DNA from: Candidatus Eiseniibacteriota bacterium
Lineage (GTDB): Bacteria; Eisenbacteria; RBG-16-71-46; CAZAMP01
Assembly: GCA_965224245.1 (NCBI GenBank)
Contig: OZ245046.1
Coordinates: 1,920,001 to 1,984,000 of the forward strand
DNA length: 64,000 nucleotides
Direction of reading: 5' to 3'
Below, piece by piece: positions 17,994 through 28,009 of the stretch (the first letter of the stretch is position 1; each line of letters opens with the position of its first letter). Below the pieces are notes generated by a model, which was not told where the DNA came from, did not search any database, and saw only the letters and a program-made list of their open reading frames with translations. A program made the translations under genes and the position numbers.

Positions 17994-19898
17994 CTAGCGT
18001 GATCCCCATCGGTCGGCGTCCAGACCGTTCTCGGCACGTCGGAGTCGCACGAGCTCGCCCTCCATCGCGTCGAGCGGGGGCCAGGGGCTCAGGAGATAGC
18101 CGTGCGGCCGCCCGCGCGCGAGGAACCGCTCCGCCAGACGAACGGCCGGCGCGGACCGCGGTCCCTCGGTGAGCCGCACGAGGTTGTAGGCCGCGATCGG
18201 AAACCCGGGGTCGGCGGCCATCGCCTCGCGGAAGTGCCGCTCGGCGGCGTCCCGATCGCCGCGAAACACCGCGATGGTGCCCAGCCCGCACGACACCTCT
18301 GCCCCGGGGGCCCCGACGCGTCCGGCGGCGCGAAACCCGTCGGCCGCCTCGTCGAGCTCGCCGCGCTCGAGGCGCGTGATCGCATGGAAGTGCCGGAGTC
18401 GCGCGTCCTCGGGGCGCCGGGACAGCCCGGCGGCGACGTCGGCCAGGGCCGCGTCGACGAGGCCGACCCGGAGGAGGTGACCCGCCCGCTCGAGGTAGGC
18501 CAGCGCCGTCGCTTCGCCGCGCTCGGCGTCCGAGGTGTAGGCGGTGAGCCCCGGGAACATGCGCTCGATCGGCCAGCGCTCGACCGCGCGAGAGAGCGTG
18601 CGCCGCGCGGACGTCCGCATCAGTGCGATCCGCTCCGGGGTCAGCGCGTTGCCGGGATGACGCCGCACCTCGGTGAGGGCGAGATCGAGCACGGTCACCG
18701 GGCCGCGCGCGGCCAGCTCCATCCACATGCCGTAGTCCTGGGCCCGCGTCAGGGACTCGTCGTACGGGGCATCGCCCAGCGCCCGGAGGTGCTCGGTGCG
18801 CACCATGACCGTGGGCCCCAGGAAATGCGAGCCCCCCAGGAGCAGCCGTAGCGTCTGACCGGGATCGAAGTTCACGACCGGTCGCCACTCGAGGAGATCC
18901 CCGGTGGGCCCGATCGCGTAGTGGTGCGTCGCGCCGAAGACGGCGTCCGGATGTGCGGCCATGTGCGCCGCTTGCAGCTCGAGCTTGCGCGGCAGAAAGC
19001 GATCGTCGTCGTCGAGCCAGGCCACGAGCTCGGTCTTCACGTGCCGCAGCGCCTCGTTCATCGCCCCGGCCTGTCCGCGACGCTCGATCTCGATCAGCGT
19101 GATCGCCTCGCCGAACGGGTGCGCGATCTCGCGCGTGACGGGTGCGCTCCCGTCGGACACCACGATCACGGCGGCCGCCCGTGCGGTCTGCCCGAGCGCG
19201 CTCCGGATGGACTGGGCCAGCCACGGCGAGCGTCCGAGCGTCGGGATCACGACGGTGACCGGAACCCGATCGGCGTCCACGTCGACGTGTACGACGCCAC
19301 TCGCGGTCGCCGCATCCGCACGCCCCACGTCCGCGTGGCCCGCGCCGTCGACGTCGGTGCCGGCGTCCGGCTCGTCCGCCGCGGACGCCTCCACCCGCAC
19401 GAGGTAGCGCCCCACCTCCCCGATCGGCACCGGATACGCGAGACGGGCCAGCGGCGTGTAGTCCACGAGGACCGGCGTCGGCGATGGATGTCGTCCCGGG
19501 ATCACGTGATCGATCCGGCGCTCGCCGCGCCCGACGACGAGCACGACGCCGCCGGGAACCACGTGCTCGAGCACGTCGGCGGCGCGGAGATCCCCCCACG
19601 CCCCGTCCGCATCGAGAACGATCGTGTCCCAGACGCCGTCCAGCGTGCGATCGGCGCCGTGTGTGACGTAGTCGGCCACCCCCAGCTCCGCGGCACGACG
19701 CAGCAGATGCAGGCGGAGGACGGGATCGGCCACGCCGTGCATCACGCTCGGTACGCGCTCCCAGAGCGCCTCCGGGATGCCGTCGCACGGGACGCCGAGC
19801 ACGAGCGTGTCGCCGGACGCCAGGGCCGCGATGCGCGCGGCGAGCCGGCGCTGGCGCGGGACCGCTCCCTCGTGAAAGCCGCCGGGCCCGCTCAGCAT
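17994..19898 (-). CDS. Glycosyltransferase family 2 with C-terminal TPR repeats
   Basis: VTVVIPT, VVSDGS, AWLDDDD, QDY.MW; TPR-like helices; extra N-terminal domain. Confidence 0.85.
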   Translation of the reverse strand: MLSGPGGFHEGAVPRQRRLAARIAALASGDTLVLGVPCDGIPEALWERVPSVMHGVADPVLRLHLLRRAAELGVADYVTHGADRTLDGVWDTIVLDADGAWGDLRAADVLEHVVPGGVVLVVGRGERRIDHVIPGRHPSPTPVLVDYTPLARLAYPVPIGEVGRYLVRVEASAADEPDAGTDVDGAGHADVGRADAATASGVVHVDVDADRVPVTVVIPTLGRSPWLAQSIRSALGQTARAAAVIVVSDGSAPVTREIAHPFGEAITLIEIERRGQAGAMNEALRHVKTELVAWLDDDDRFLPRKLELQAAHMAAHPDAVFGATHHYAIGPTGDLLEWRPVVNFDPGQTLRLLLGGSHFLGPTVMVRTEHLRALGDAPYDESLTRAQDYGMWMELAARGPVTVLDLALTEVRRHPGNALTPERIALMRTSARRTLSRAVERWPIERMFPGLTAYTSDAERGEATALAYLERAGHLLRVGLVDAALADVAAGLSRRPEDARLRHFHAITRLERGELDEAADGFRAAGRVGAPGAEVSCGLGTIAVFRGDRDAAERHFREAMAADPGFPIAAYNLVRLTEGPRSAPAVRLAERFLARGRPHGYLLSPWPPLDAMEGELVRLRRAENGLDADRWGSR

Positions 19899-19917
19899 CG
19901 GAGCCGCTCCGGCCGGC

Positions 19918-21507
19918 TCACGACGCGGGGCTCCAGAAACGCGCGGGTCGGATCGGTCCTCCGAAGCGCGGACTCTCCAGCAACTCGGCGTAGCGCTCGA
20001 CCATGCGCTCGCTCTCGCCCGGCACGCGGAGCCCGGGCAGATGCTCCATCGTCCGGAACAGCTCGGGCGTCACGCGATAGGCGAGGCGCTCGCGCTGGCG
20101 GAGCCGGAGCTTCAGCGTGGCCTCGACGCGTGCGTCGGCGGGAAGCGCATCGCTCTCGACACTGATCGCACCGGCGTCGATGGGCGCGTGCCAGCCCAGG
20201 GACAGCGCCTCGAAGTCACGCGGCGCCTCCATCCGGAGCCGGACGCCGTACGCCCCCGGATCGCGGAAGATCGCGGTCTCCGGAAACGCGACCACCGGGA
20301 GCACGTTCGTCATGACGCCTCGCTCGTTCAGCGCGGCGATCATCGCATCGGAGGCCGCGATCGTGTCGGGCGTCTCGCCGGGGAGTCCCACCATCAACGA
20401 CGACTGCAGGTGCGTCAGGCCGCGGGCCGCGAGCCGGTCGAATGCGGCCAGCAGCGCGTCGTCGGTGATGTCACGTCCCGCGCGGCGGCGCACGCGCTCG
20501 GCACCCGCCTCCACGCCGAGCCACACACGAAGGCGAGGGGTGCGGGCCGAGATGCGCGCCAGGGCATCCGCGGCGCGGTCGGTGATCATGCCCGGGTGAA
20601 CGTCCACGAGGACGGCGGCCGCGTCACCGTGGGCCTCGAGCGCGGCGGCCAGCGCCTCCAGCGGCCTGGGGCCGGAGAAGTGCTCGGGCAGGTACAGCGG
20701 CACCTTGCGGGCCAGCATGTCCGGTATCTGCTCGTCCAGCTGACGGGCGAGGGACTTCTGAAGCGCGGGAAACAGCCGCTCGGAGTTCAGTGAGCAAAAC
20801 GTGCACGGCTTGGGGCAGCGCCCGCGCATGAACGGCAGGCCGATGTAGCGACCTCGCCCGCGCGGCCACACGAGATCGGGGTCGAACGAGAGCGTGACCA
20901 CCTCGTCCGGCGGCGTGGGCGCCGCCGGGGTACCGTCGCCGACGAGCACACCGTCCCGATCGCGGCGCACGACCCCCGGAACCGACGAGACCCGATCGGC
21001 ATCCAGGCCGGCCAGGAGCGCCGGATACGCCGCGTCACCGTCGCCGATCACGATCGAGTCCACGGCCGGCACCGAGCGCAAAATGGGCTCGGCGAGGGCT
21101 CCGGCGTGAACGCCGCCGAGCGTGACGTGCACCGACGGATCGAGCTCCTTGATCCAGCCGGCCACCGCGAACGCACCGGCGCTGTGGTACGACCAGTGGC
21201 ACTGGATCCCGACCGCCCGCGGTGCCATCTCGTCCAGAACCCGTGCGAGAAGATGACGCCAACGATCTTCCCCCCAGCGACTTCGGGCCTCCATTCCCGA
21301 GATGGTGGCCGCCGCGTCGTGCAGCTGGACCAGCACCGGATCGTGCCCGTGACGGCGGCACGCCTCGGCGACGTACAGGAGCCCCATCGGGATGATGTCG
21401 GCCGTTCCGTGCCAGTCGCCCGGACTCTGCATCGGATACGGCGGTGGATGAATGAGGACGGGGTTCTTCACCGGTTCCATCCGAGGGAGGGCGGTCCGAT
21501 CGGCCAC
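19918..21507 (-). CDS. Cobalamin-binding radical SAM protein
   Basis: PMGLLYVA, LGGVHA, GDGD, CPKPCTFC, LGVEAG, MVGLPGET. Confidence 0.88.
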   Translation of the reverse strand: MADRTALPRMEPVKNPVLIHPPPYPMQSPGDWHGTADIIPMGLLYVAEACRRHGHDPVLVQLHDAAATISGMEARSRWGEDRWRHLLARVLDEMAPRAVGIQCHWSYHSAGAFAVAGWIKELDPSVHVTLGGVHAGALAEPILRSVPAVDSIVIGDGDAAYPALLAGLDADRVSSVPGVVRRDRDGVLVGDGTPAAPTPPDEVVTLSFDPDLVWPRGRGRYIGLPFMRGRCPKPCTFCSLNSERLFPALQKSLARQLDEQIPDMLARKVPLYLPEHFSGPRPLEALAAALEAHGDAAAVLVDVHPGMITDRAADALARISARTPRLRVWLGVEAGAERVRRRAGRDITDDALLAAFDRLAARGLTHLQSSLMVGLPGETPDTIAASDAMIAALNERGVMTNVLPVVAFPETAIFRDPGAYGVRLRMEAPRDFEALSLGWHAPIDAGAISVESDALPADARVEATLKLRLRQRERLAYRVTPELFRTMEHLPGLRVPGESERMVERYAELLESPRFGGPIRPARFWSPAS

Positions 21508-21840
21508 CGCGGGTGTGCGGGCGCCGCCGGACTATAGCACACGGCACGCGACGTACGCGGCTCCCCCGACGCCGACAAGTCGTTCTTCGTCAGTATGTTG
21601 GGCGGGACGGCGGCTCCACCGGCCCCATTGACCGGGGCCGAGCGCGGTCGGTATGCTGGGTGCGAACGGGTCGTGGAGGGGCGCAGAACGGTCACCGCCG
21701 CGGCCGGCCCCCGCCGAGCACGCTCCGGCGCCGCTCAGGGGCCGGAACCCACTTGCCGATCCGTACGTCCAACCGGCGGACAGTCACGAACCGCGGCGGG
21801 CGCCGCGAGGCCCCGCTTCTTCGACCAGGAGCACACGTCC

Positions 21841-22173
21841 ATGGAAGCCACGACACAGATCACGCTCACCGACTCGGCGGTCGGCAAGATCGCGGAGATC
21901 ATCCAGGAGGAGGGCCGCGAGGGGAAGGGACTGCGCGTCTTCGTGGAAGGCGGCGGCTGCTCGGGCTTCATGTACGGGTTCGAGTTCGACGATCCCCGCG
22001 ACGGCGACACGATCGTCCCCTGCGGCAGCTTCGACGTCGTCGTCGACCCGTTCAGCCTGGGGCATCTGAAGGGCTCGGTGATCGACTTCACCGACGGACT
22101 TCAGGGCAAGGGGTTTCAGGTCACCAATCCCAACGCCACCGGGACCTGCGGCTGCGGTCAGTCGTTCAGCTGA
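21841..22173 (+). CDS. A-type Fe-S carrier (HesB/IscA/ErpA family)
   Basis: LRVFVEGGGCSGFMY, NPNATGTCGCGQSF. Confidence 0.93.
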   Translation: MEATTQITLTDSAVGKIAEIIQEEGREGKGLRVFVEGGGCSGFMYGFEFDDPRDGDTIVPCGSFDVVVDPFSLGHLKGSVIDFTDGLQGKGFQVTNPNATGTCGCGQSFS

Positions 22174-22226
22174 CGCCCCGGCTCGCTCGCGGCGCGACTG
22201 CCGTCGGCGCCGCGATACTCGTCGCG

Positions 22227-23435
22227 TCACTCCCTCCTACGTCCCGCCCGGCCCGCCAGACCGGCCTGGATCGAGTCGATGACGTGATCGATCTGCGCGT
22301 CCGTCAGCGTCGGATAGAGCGGCAGCGACAGCTCCCGCTCGGCGACGTCCTCGGTCACCGGCAACAGCCCCTCCCCCGTTCCGCACACGCGCCGATGGTG
22401 GGCCATCAGGTGGATCGGCCGGTAGTGCACCGACGTCTGGATGCCCCGCGCGCGCAGCGCCGCCGCGAACGCGATGCGATCGACCGCCGGCGGTAGCACG
22501 ATGGGCATCAGGTGGTTCACCGACGTACCGGGCACACCCGCGAACGGGAGCCCGAGCCCCTCGATGGACGCCAGGGCGTCGCGGTAGCGCGCGACGATCT
22601 CGGCCCGCCGCGCGTTGTACCCCCGCACCTTCGCGAGCTGCACGCGGCCGATCGCGGCCCGCACCTCGTCGATGCGGTAGTTGTAGCCGAGCTCGACGAC
22701 GTCGTATCCGAACACCTTGCCGCGGTCCCGGTCGAGGACGCTGGCCGTCATCCCGTGACTGCGCACGAGGCGGACGCGCTCGGCGAGGTCGTCGCGCGTC
22801 GTGGTGACCATGCCCCCCTCACCGGTGGTCGCGTTCTTGGTGGAGTAGAAGCTGAAGCAAGCCAGGTCGCCCGCGGTTCCCACGGTGAGGCCCTCGCGGG
22901 CCGCGCCGATGGCCTGCGCCGCGTCCTCGACGAACGCGAGGCCGTGCCGATCGGCGAACGCGCGGAGCGCGACCAGGTCGGCGGGATGTCCCGAGTGATG
23001 GACGGCGACGATCGCGCGCGTTCGCGCGGTGAGCTTCCGCTCGGCGTCGGCGAGATCGAGGTTCAGGTCGTGTGCCCCCGGAATGTCCACGAAGACGGGC
23101 GTCGCCCCCACGTAGAGCACGGCGTTCGCGGTGGCCACGAACGACAGCGAGGGGACCAGCACCTCGTCACCGGGACCGACGTCCAGCGCGATCAGCGCCA
23201 GGTGGAGCGCCGCGGTGCAGTTCGACACCGCGATCGCGTGGGGCGCCCCGACGAGCGCGGCGAACTCCTCCTCGAATGCAATCGTCTCCTCGCCCATGGT
23301 CAGCCACTGCCGCTCGAGCACGCGTGTGGCCGCGGCGATCTCATCGGGGCCGACGTCGGGGATCGCCAGCGGGACGGCGAGAAACGGCGCGTCGGGGGCG
23401 CCGGCGTCGGGAGTCCGGTCGCGCTCGGCGCTCAC
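22227..23435 (-). CDS. DegT/DnrJ/EryC1/StrS sugar aminotransferase
   Basis: SNCTAALHL, EDAAQAIG, FSFYSTKN.TTGEGG, GYNYR, LSLPLYP. Confidence 0.93.
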   Translation of the reverse strand: MSAERDRTPDAGAPDAPFLAVPLAIPDVGPDEIAAATRVLERQWLTMGEETIAFEEEFAALVGAPHAIAVSNCTAALHLALIALDVGPGDEVLVPSLSFVATANAVLYVGATPVFVDIPGAHDLNLDLADAERKLTARTRAIVAVHHSGHPADLVALRAFADRHGLAFVEDAAQAIGAAREGLTVGTAGDLACFSFYSTKNATTGEGGMVTTTRDDLAERVRLVRSHGMTASVLDRDRGKVFGYDVVELGYNYRIDEVRAAIGRVQLAKVRGYNARRAEIVARYRDALASIEGLGLPFAGVPGTSVNHLMPIVLPPAVDRIAFAAALRARGIQTSVHYRPIHLMAHHRRVCGTGEGLLPVTEDVAERELSLPLYPTLTDAQIDHVIDSIQAGLAGRAGRRRE

Positions 23436-24139
23436 AGCCCGAACCGATCCCGGACGCCGTCGAAGGCCTTCTGGGCCTCCTCGTAGTCGTCGTGACGCCC
23501 GATGTCGAGCCAGAAGTCGTCCGACGGGTAGGCGGCCACCGGGAGGCCCTTCTCGAGCAGCACCTGCACCAGGTCGGGGAAGTCGAACCGCCCGGCGTCC
23601 GGCACGTATCGCACGACCTCGGGCTCCATCACGTACACGCCCATGCTGACGCGGTAATGAAGCGTCGGCTTCTCGGTGTACGCGACGACGCGGTTGCCGT
23701 CGGTGTCGAGCACGCCGAGATCCACGTGGACGGCCTTGGCGTGCGTGGCCACGGTCACCAGCGCCCCCTCCGAGCGATGAAACGCCACCAGCGTCTCGAA
23801 CGGAAGCGTGGTCAGGACGTCTCCGTTCAGCATCACGAACGTCTCGTCGAGCTCGGGCATCAGCCGGAGCGCGCCCGCGGTTCCGGTGGGGGTGGTCTCG
23901 TGGACGTACGACAGCGCGAGCCCCTCGAGCCCCGGACGCACCTCGTGGAAGTAGGCCTGGATCAGCTCCGAGAGGTACCCCACGGACAGGACGACGTTCG
24001 TGAATCCCTCGCGCGCGAGCTTGCGCAGGATGATCTCGAGGATCGGGTGGTCGCCGACGGGCACCAGCGGCTTCGGAAACACCGTCGTGTACGGCCGCAG
24101 CCGCGTGCCCTGGCCGCCCGCGAGGACGATGGCTTTCAT
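23432..24139 (-). CDS. Sugar-phosphate nucleotidyltransferase
   Basis: LAGGQGTRLRPYT..PKPL, GTAG, NGD, WLDIG. Confidence 0.92.
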   Translation of the reverse strand: MKAIVLAGGQGTRLRPYTTVFPKPLVPVGDHPILEIILRKLAREGFTNVVLSVGYLSELIQAYFHEVRPGLEGLALSYVHETTPTGTAGALRLMPELDETFVMLNGDVLTTLPFETLVAFHRSEGALVTVATHAKAVHVDLGVLDTDGNRVVAYTEKPTLHYRVSMGVYVMEPEVVRYVPDAGRFDFPDLVQVLLEKGLPVAAYPSDDFWLDIGRHDDYEEAQKAFDGVRDRFGL

Positions 24140-24152
24140 CGGGATGCTCCCG

Positions 24153-25118
24153 TCAGTTCACGTACTTGGGGTCGTCGTAGTCGGTCAACGATCCGGTCTC
24201 CAGGAGCAAGCGCACCTCGCGAACCCCGGCGGCGGCGTCGCGGGTCAGCGTGAAGCCGAAGGTCTCTCGAATGCGATCGAAGCGGACCCGGTAGCTCCGC
24301 GGATCCTCTTCCTTGGCGACGCGCTCGATCTCCGTGCCGGGTACGGCCGCGGCGGCCATCTCGGCGATCTGACGCTTCTGGAAGTTCTGCGAGCAGTCGC
24401 CGACGTTGAAGACGCGCGGACGGGCGTCGTCGCGCGGCGCGTCCACGACCGTTTGCAGCGCGCGCGCCACGTCGTACACGTGGATGTGCGGACGCCAGAA
24501 CTGCTCGCCGAAGATGACGATCTTCTTGCGAGCCACCGCCTCGCGCGTGAAGTCGTTCACGAGGAGATCGAATCGCATGCGGGCGCTCACCCCGTACACG
24601 GTGCTGAGACGCAGCACGATCGGATCGAAGGTCGGGCCCGGCATGCCCAGGAGCAGCTCCTCGGACTTGACCTTGCTCTCGGCGTAGAGCGAGACCGGAT
24701 TCAGCGTCGAGTCCTCGTCCACCTCCGCGTTCGGATCGGAGACTCCGTAGTTCGAGCACGTCGAGGCGAACACGAAGCGCCCCACGCCGCGCTCGGCGGC
24801 CTCGGTCGCCAGATCGCGCGTGGCCTCGAAGTTGGTGCGCCACGCCTCGTCGGGCCGGCGCTTGCACGCGGGATCTCCGACGATGGCGGCCAGATGGACG
24901 ACCGCGTCCACCCCGTCGAGCGCACGCGCCCGGACGCCGGCATCGGCCAGATCGCCCACGACGACGTCCACGTCGTCCAGCGTCCACAGGTCCAAGAGTG
25001 AGCTGCCCCCGTACATGAGAGCGTCGGCGATCCGGACGCGATGTCCGGTCGCGAGAAGGTGCCTGGCCGCCATCGATCCGATGAAGCCGGCCCCGCCGGT
25101 GACGAGCACTTTTTCCAT
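24153..25118 (-). CDS. NAD-dependent epimerase/dehydratase
   Basis: TGGAGFIG, HLAAIVGDP, STCSNYG, YAESK. Confidence 0.92.
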   Translation of the reverse strand: MEKVLVTGGAGFIGSMAARHLLATGHRVRIADALMYGGSSLLDLWTLDDVDVVVGDLADAGVRARALDGVDAVVHLAAIVGDPACKRRPDEAWRTNFEATRDLATEAAERGVGRFVFASTCSNYGVSDPNAEVDEDSTLNPVSLYAESKVKSEELLLGMPGPTFDPIVLRLSTVYGVSARMRFDLLVNDFTREAVARKKIVIFGEQFWRPHIHVYDVARALQTVVDAPRDDARPRVFNVGDCSQNFQKRQIAEMAAAAVPGTEIERVAKEEDPRSYRVRFDRIRETFGFTLTRDAAAGVREVRLLLETGSLTDYDDPKYVN

Positions 25119-25389
25119 TCACACCTCGCGCAGCGCGCGCATCGAACGCCTCAACCAACTGCACTGCAACATATTGCAGACCACCAAAAAAGACGTCGCC
25201 GAGCTCGCGCTCCACCCGGCGCGTGAGCCGGCGCTGTCGTCCACCGACGCCCGTGCCCCAATGAATCGGCCGCGAAGGGCGACTCGTCCAGCCCCGAGAC
25301 CCGCTCCCGTCCACGGAAGCCGATCGCGGCGCAACATGATAAACCCCGCGAGCGCCCGCGCGTGCGACGAAATCCCGCCGCGCGGGGCG

Positions 25390-26289
25390 TCATCCGAGCC
25401 CGTCCAGGATGGCCGGCGTCACCACCGTCAGATCGTGGGTTTGCCGGTCGACGACGCCGGCCAGCCGTCCCCACCCCAGCAGCGGCACGTCGTGTCGGGT
25501 GTGGCTCGTGACCCGGAGGTCCTCCAGATTGCCGTGGTCGCTCACCACCAGGATCCCGTCGCGGTCCGGATCCAGCGCGGATGCGAGCGACTCAAGCGTC
25601 GCCTCGAGGCGCCCCAGCAGCTCGGCGGCATCCCCCTCGACGCGACCGTGGCCGAGGAGGTCGGTCAGGAAGTGCTCGAAGAAGACGAGGTCGTGATGCC
25701 CGGCCAGCGCGGCCAGGTGCGCGCCTGCCTCGGCGGCGGTGACCGCCGGGACGTCGTACCCGCGCCCGGCCAGCCACTCCCGCGTCACGTCGTGGTACAG
25801 GGCCTCGCCCCGGCGAAGGTCCTCCAGCGTCCGTATCCGCGTTCCCGAGACCCACGTGGCCAGCGTGCTCGCCGACGCGCGCCGCGGCCGCCCGTGGGCC
25901 CGAACGCTCTCGAAGAACGCCGGACGGAAGGCGTTCGCGAACGTCACGCGGTGTCCGGCTTCCCGGGCCTGCCGGAGGAGCGAACGACGCGTGAGGATGC
26001 CCTGGAGCGTCTTCCCCGGGAACGCGGACTGGTGATGACCGAGCGCCGCGGCGGCGTTGACACCGGTCAGGATGGTCGTCTGACCGGTCGCGCTCTGCGG
26101 CAGACCGGCCACGCCGAGTGTGGCGTCGATCGCGCGACCCCGCCAGGGGCCCGGCAGTCCAGTGATCTCCCCGTCCCGGACGCGCGCGGCCGACAGGCCC
26201 AGGAGCGCGCCACCGAACCGCGACAGGGGGTTCTCTTCGCGGGGAGGCCCGATGCCGATCCCGTCGATGAAGAAGAGGACGAGTCCCAC
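25390..26289 (-). CDS. Alkaline-phosphatase-superfamily metalloenzyme (mutase-like)
   Basis: FIDGIG, PQSATGQT, D..GH, SDHGN, HT motifs. Confidence 0.8.
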   Translation of the reverse strand: MGLVLFFIDGIGIGPPREENPLSRFGGALLGLSAARVRDGEITGLPGPWRGRAIDATLGVAGLPQSATGQTTILTGVNAAAALGHHQSAFPGKTLQGILTRRSLLRQAREAGHRVTFANAFRPAFFESVRAHGRPRRASASTLATWVSGTRIRTLEDLRRGEALYHDVTREWLAGRGYDVPAVTAAEAGAHLAALAGHHDLVFFEHFLTDLLGHGRVEGDAAELLGRLEATLESLASALDPDRDGILVVSDHGNLEDLRVTSHTRHDVPLLGWGRLAGVVDRQTHDLTVVTPAILDGLG

Positions 26290-26295
26290 CGACCG

Positions 26296-27768
26296 TCACC
26301 GGTATCGCGACTTCAACCGGGACCAGGTCGTGCGCTCGACCGGCGTCGATCCGGCCCGGAAGTACACGTCGAACGCGCCGCACTCGCCGAGCGTGCCGTC
26401 GACGTACACGAAGTACGTCTGCCCGGTGCCCCCGGGCAGCCCGGTCAGAATCTCGGCCTTTCCGGGACCCCACGCGTCGACGGCACCGAGGCACGTGTCC
26501 CAGAACCGCGTCGACGCGTTGCAGTCGGACGCGACGAGGATCGCGGGATCCCACGGTCCCCGGGGCACGACCTGGACCGCCCAGTCGATTCCGTCGGCCA
26601 GCTCGACCGTGACCGCGTACACGACCTCGAGTCCCGTCAGCGGCGCGTCGAGGCTCACCCCGCACGGGGACCCGTCGGTTCCCGAGAACGAACCGCCGTC
26701 GCAGGACCATCCGTCCAGGGGCTCGAAGTCTCCGTTGCCGAGGCTGACGTCGATGGCCTCGACGCACGTGCGACCGGTGCCCGACGTGATCTCCCGTCGG
26801 TGGATGCGCAGATCGAACCCGCCACATCCCTGCACCTGGCCGGCCGCGATCGGCGAATCGATCGCGAGGTAGTGCGTGGCGGGGTTCCCCGTGCCGCTGA
26901 GCACGGAGATGTGACGCGTCTCCTCGGAGGCGCCGACCCCGCCCCGATCCGAGACGGCCAGGCAGGTGCCGGACGTCATGTCGCATGCCGTCGATGCGCA
27001 GAGCGCGACGTCCCACGGATCGTCGGGCACCACCTCGGCCCACCACTCGCTCGAGTCGGGAACGGAGATCTCGAACACGAGATCACGTCCGCCGAGCGAG
27101 AACCCGAGCGCGTCGCCGCACTCGCCTCCGATCACGTCGATCGCGTGCGTCGCGCCGCAGGTGGTCAGGCTCAGCTCGAAGTCGCCGTCGGCCAGATCCA
27201 CCTGGATCGGCCCGTCGCCGTCGCAGGCATCCCCGGCCGCCGGGCGCGGGTTCGGCCGGAACTCGACCGTGAACGGACCCGACCCGAACGTGGAGGAGGT
27301 ACTGGCGCTGTCGATGAACAGGTACAGGACGCGCTCCTCGGGCGAGTCGTTCCCCAGGCCGGCCAGGACCTCCGGGTCCCCGTCGAACCCGGCGTCCACG
27401 CCCGCGATGCAGGAGTCGGGCAGCGACTCGGGGACGTCGGTCCAGGCCGCGTAAACGGCGGGGTCCCAGCTCGAGTTGGGCGTCACCACGACGTCGAGCA
27501 CCCACTGCGCGGGCAGCGTGACCGCGTACACGAGGTCGCGGCCCGGGGTGGGAACGCTGGACCCGAACGCCAGCACGCACCCGGTGGCTCCGGGATCGTA
27601 GTCGTCGGTCTCCGGGGAGGTGTCCCCGGTGCAGACGACCGACACGGTGCCCTCGAACGCGATCGTGCGATCGCCACAGTCGGCCTGCGCGCGGGAGAGG
27701 GGACCCCACGCCACGATGAGCCCCAGGCCGATCCCGATCGCGCGCCCCGGCCGTTTTCCGCGTCGCAT
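26296..27768 (-). CDS. Secreted Cys-rich protein with three internal repeats and TWSRLKSRYR tail
   Basis: Signal peptide ending AQA; three DLV(Y/F)...W...V.P...WD(P/V)A repeats. Confidence 0.75.
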   Translation of the reverse strand: MRRGKRPGRAIGIGLGLIVAWGPLSRAQADCGDRTIAFEGTVSVVCTGDTSPETDDYDPGATGCVLAFGSSVPTPGRDLVYAVTLPAQWVLDVVVTPNSSWDPAVYAAWTDVPESLPDSCIAGVDAGFDGDPEVLAGLGNDSPEERVLYLFIDSASTSSTFGSGPFTVEFRPNPRPAAGDACDGDGPIQVDLADGDFELSLTTCGATHAIDVIGGECGDALGFSLGGRDLVFEISVPDSSEWWAEVVPDDPWDVALCASTACDMTSGTCLAVSDRGGVGASEETRHISVLSGTGNPATHYLAIDSPIAAGQVQGCGGFDLRIHRREITSGTGRTCVEAIDVSLGNGDFEPLDGWSCDGGSFSGTDGSPCGVSLDAPLTGLEVVYAVTVELADGIDWAVQVVPRGPWDPAILVASDCNASTRFWDTCLGAVDAWGPGKAEILTGLPGGTGQTYFVYVDGTLGECGAFDVYFRAGSTPVERTTWSRLKSRYR

Positions 27769-28009
27769 CGTTCAGTCCCCTTCCCGGCGTCCGTTGCGCC
27801 GGGCGGACGCTATCATACCTGGGTCGCGACACGCCAAACGCGGATCCGGACCGGGTTTCGGTCCTGGCAGGGATTCACCGCCGGCCGGTCTCCGGTTCCC
27901 TCGATCGGGATCCCGCGCAGATTCGTGGAACCCCGGGAGCGCCCAAACGTCTACTACAGCTGTAGTGCCACGGCCACGGACCCCACTCTCCACCGGAGGT
28001 AACGAGACC

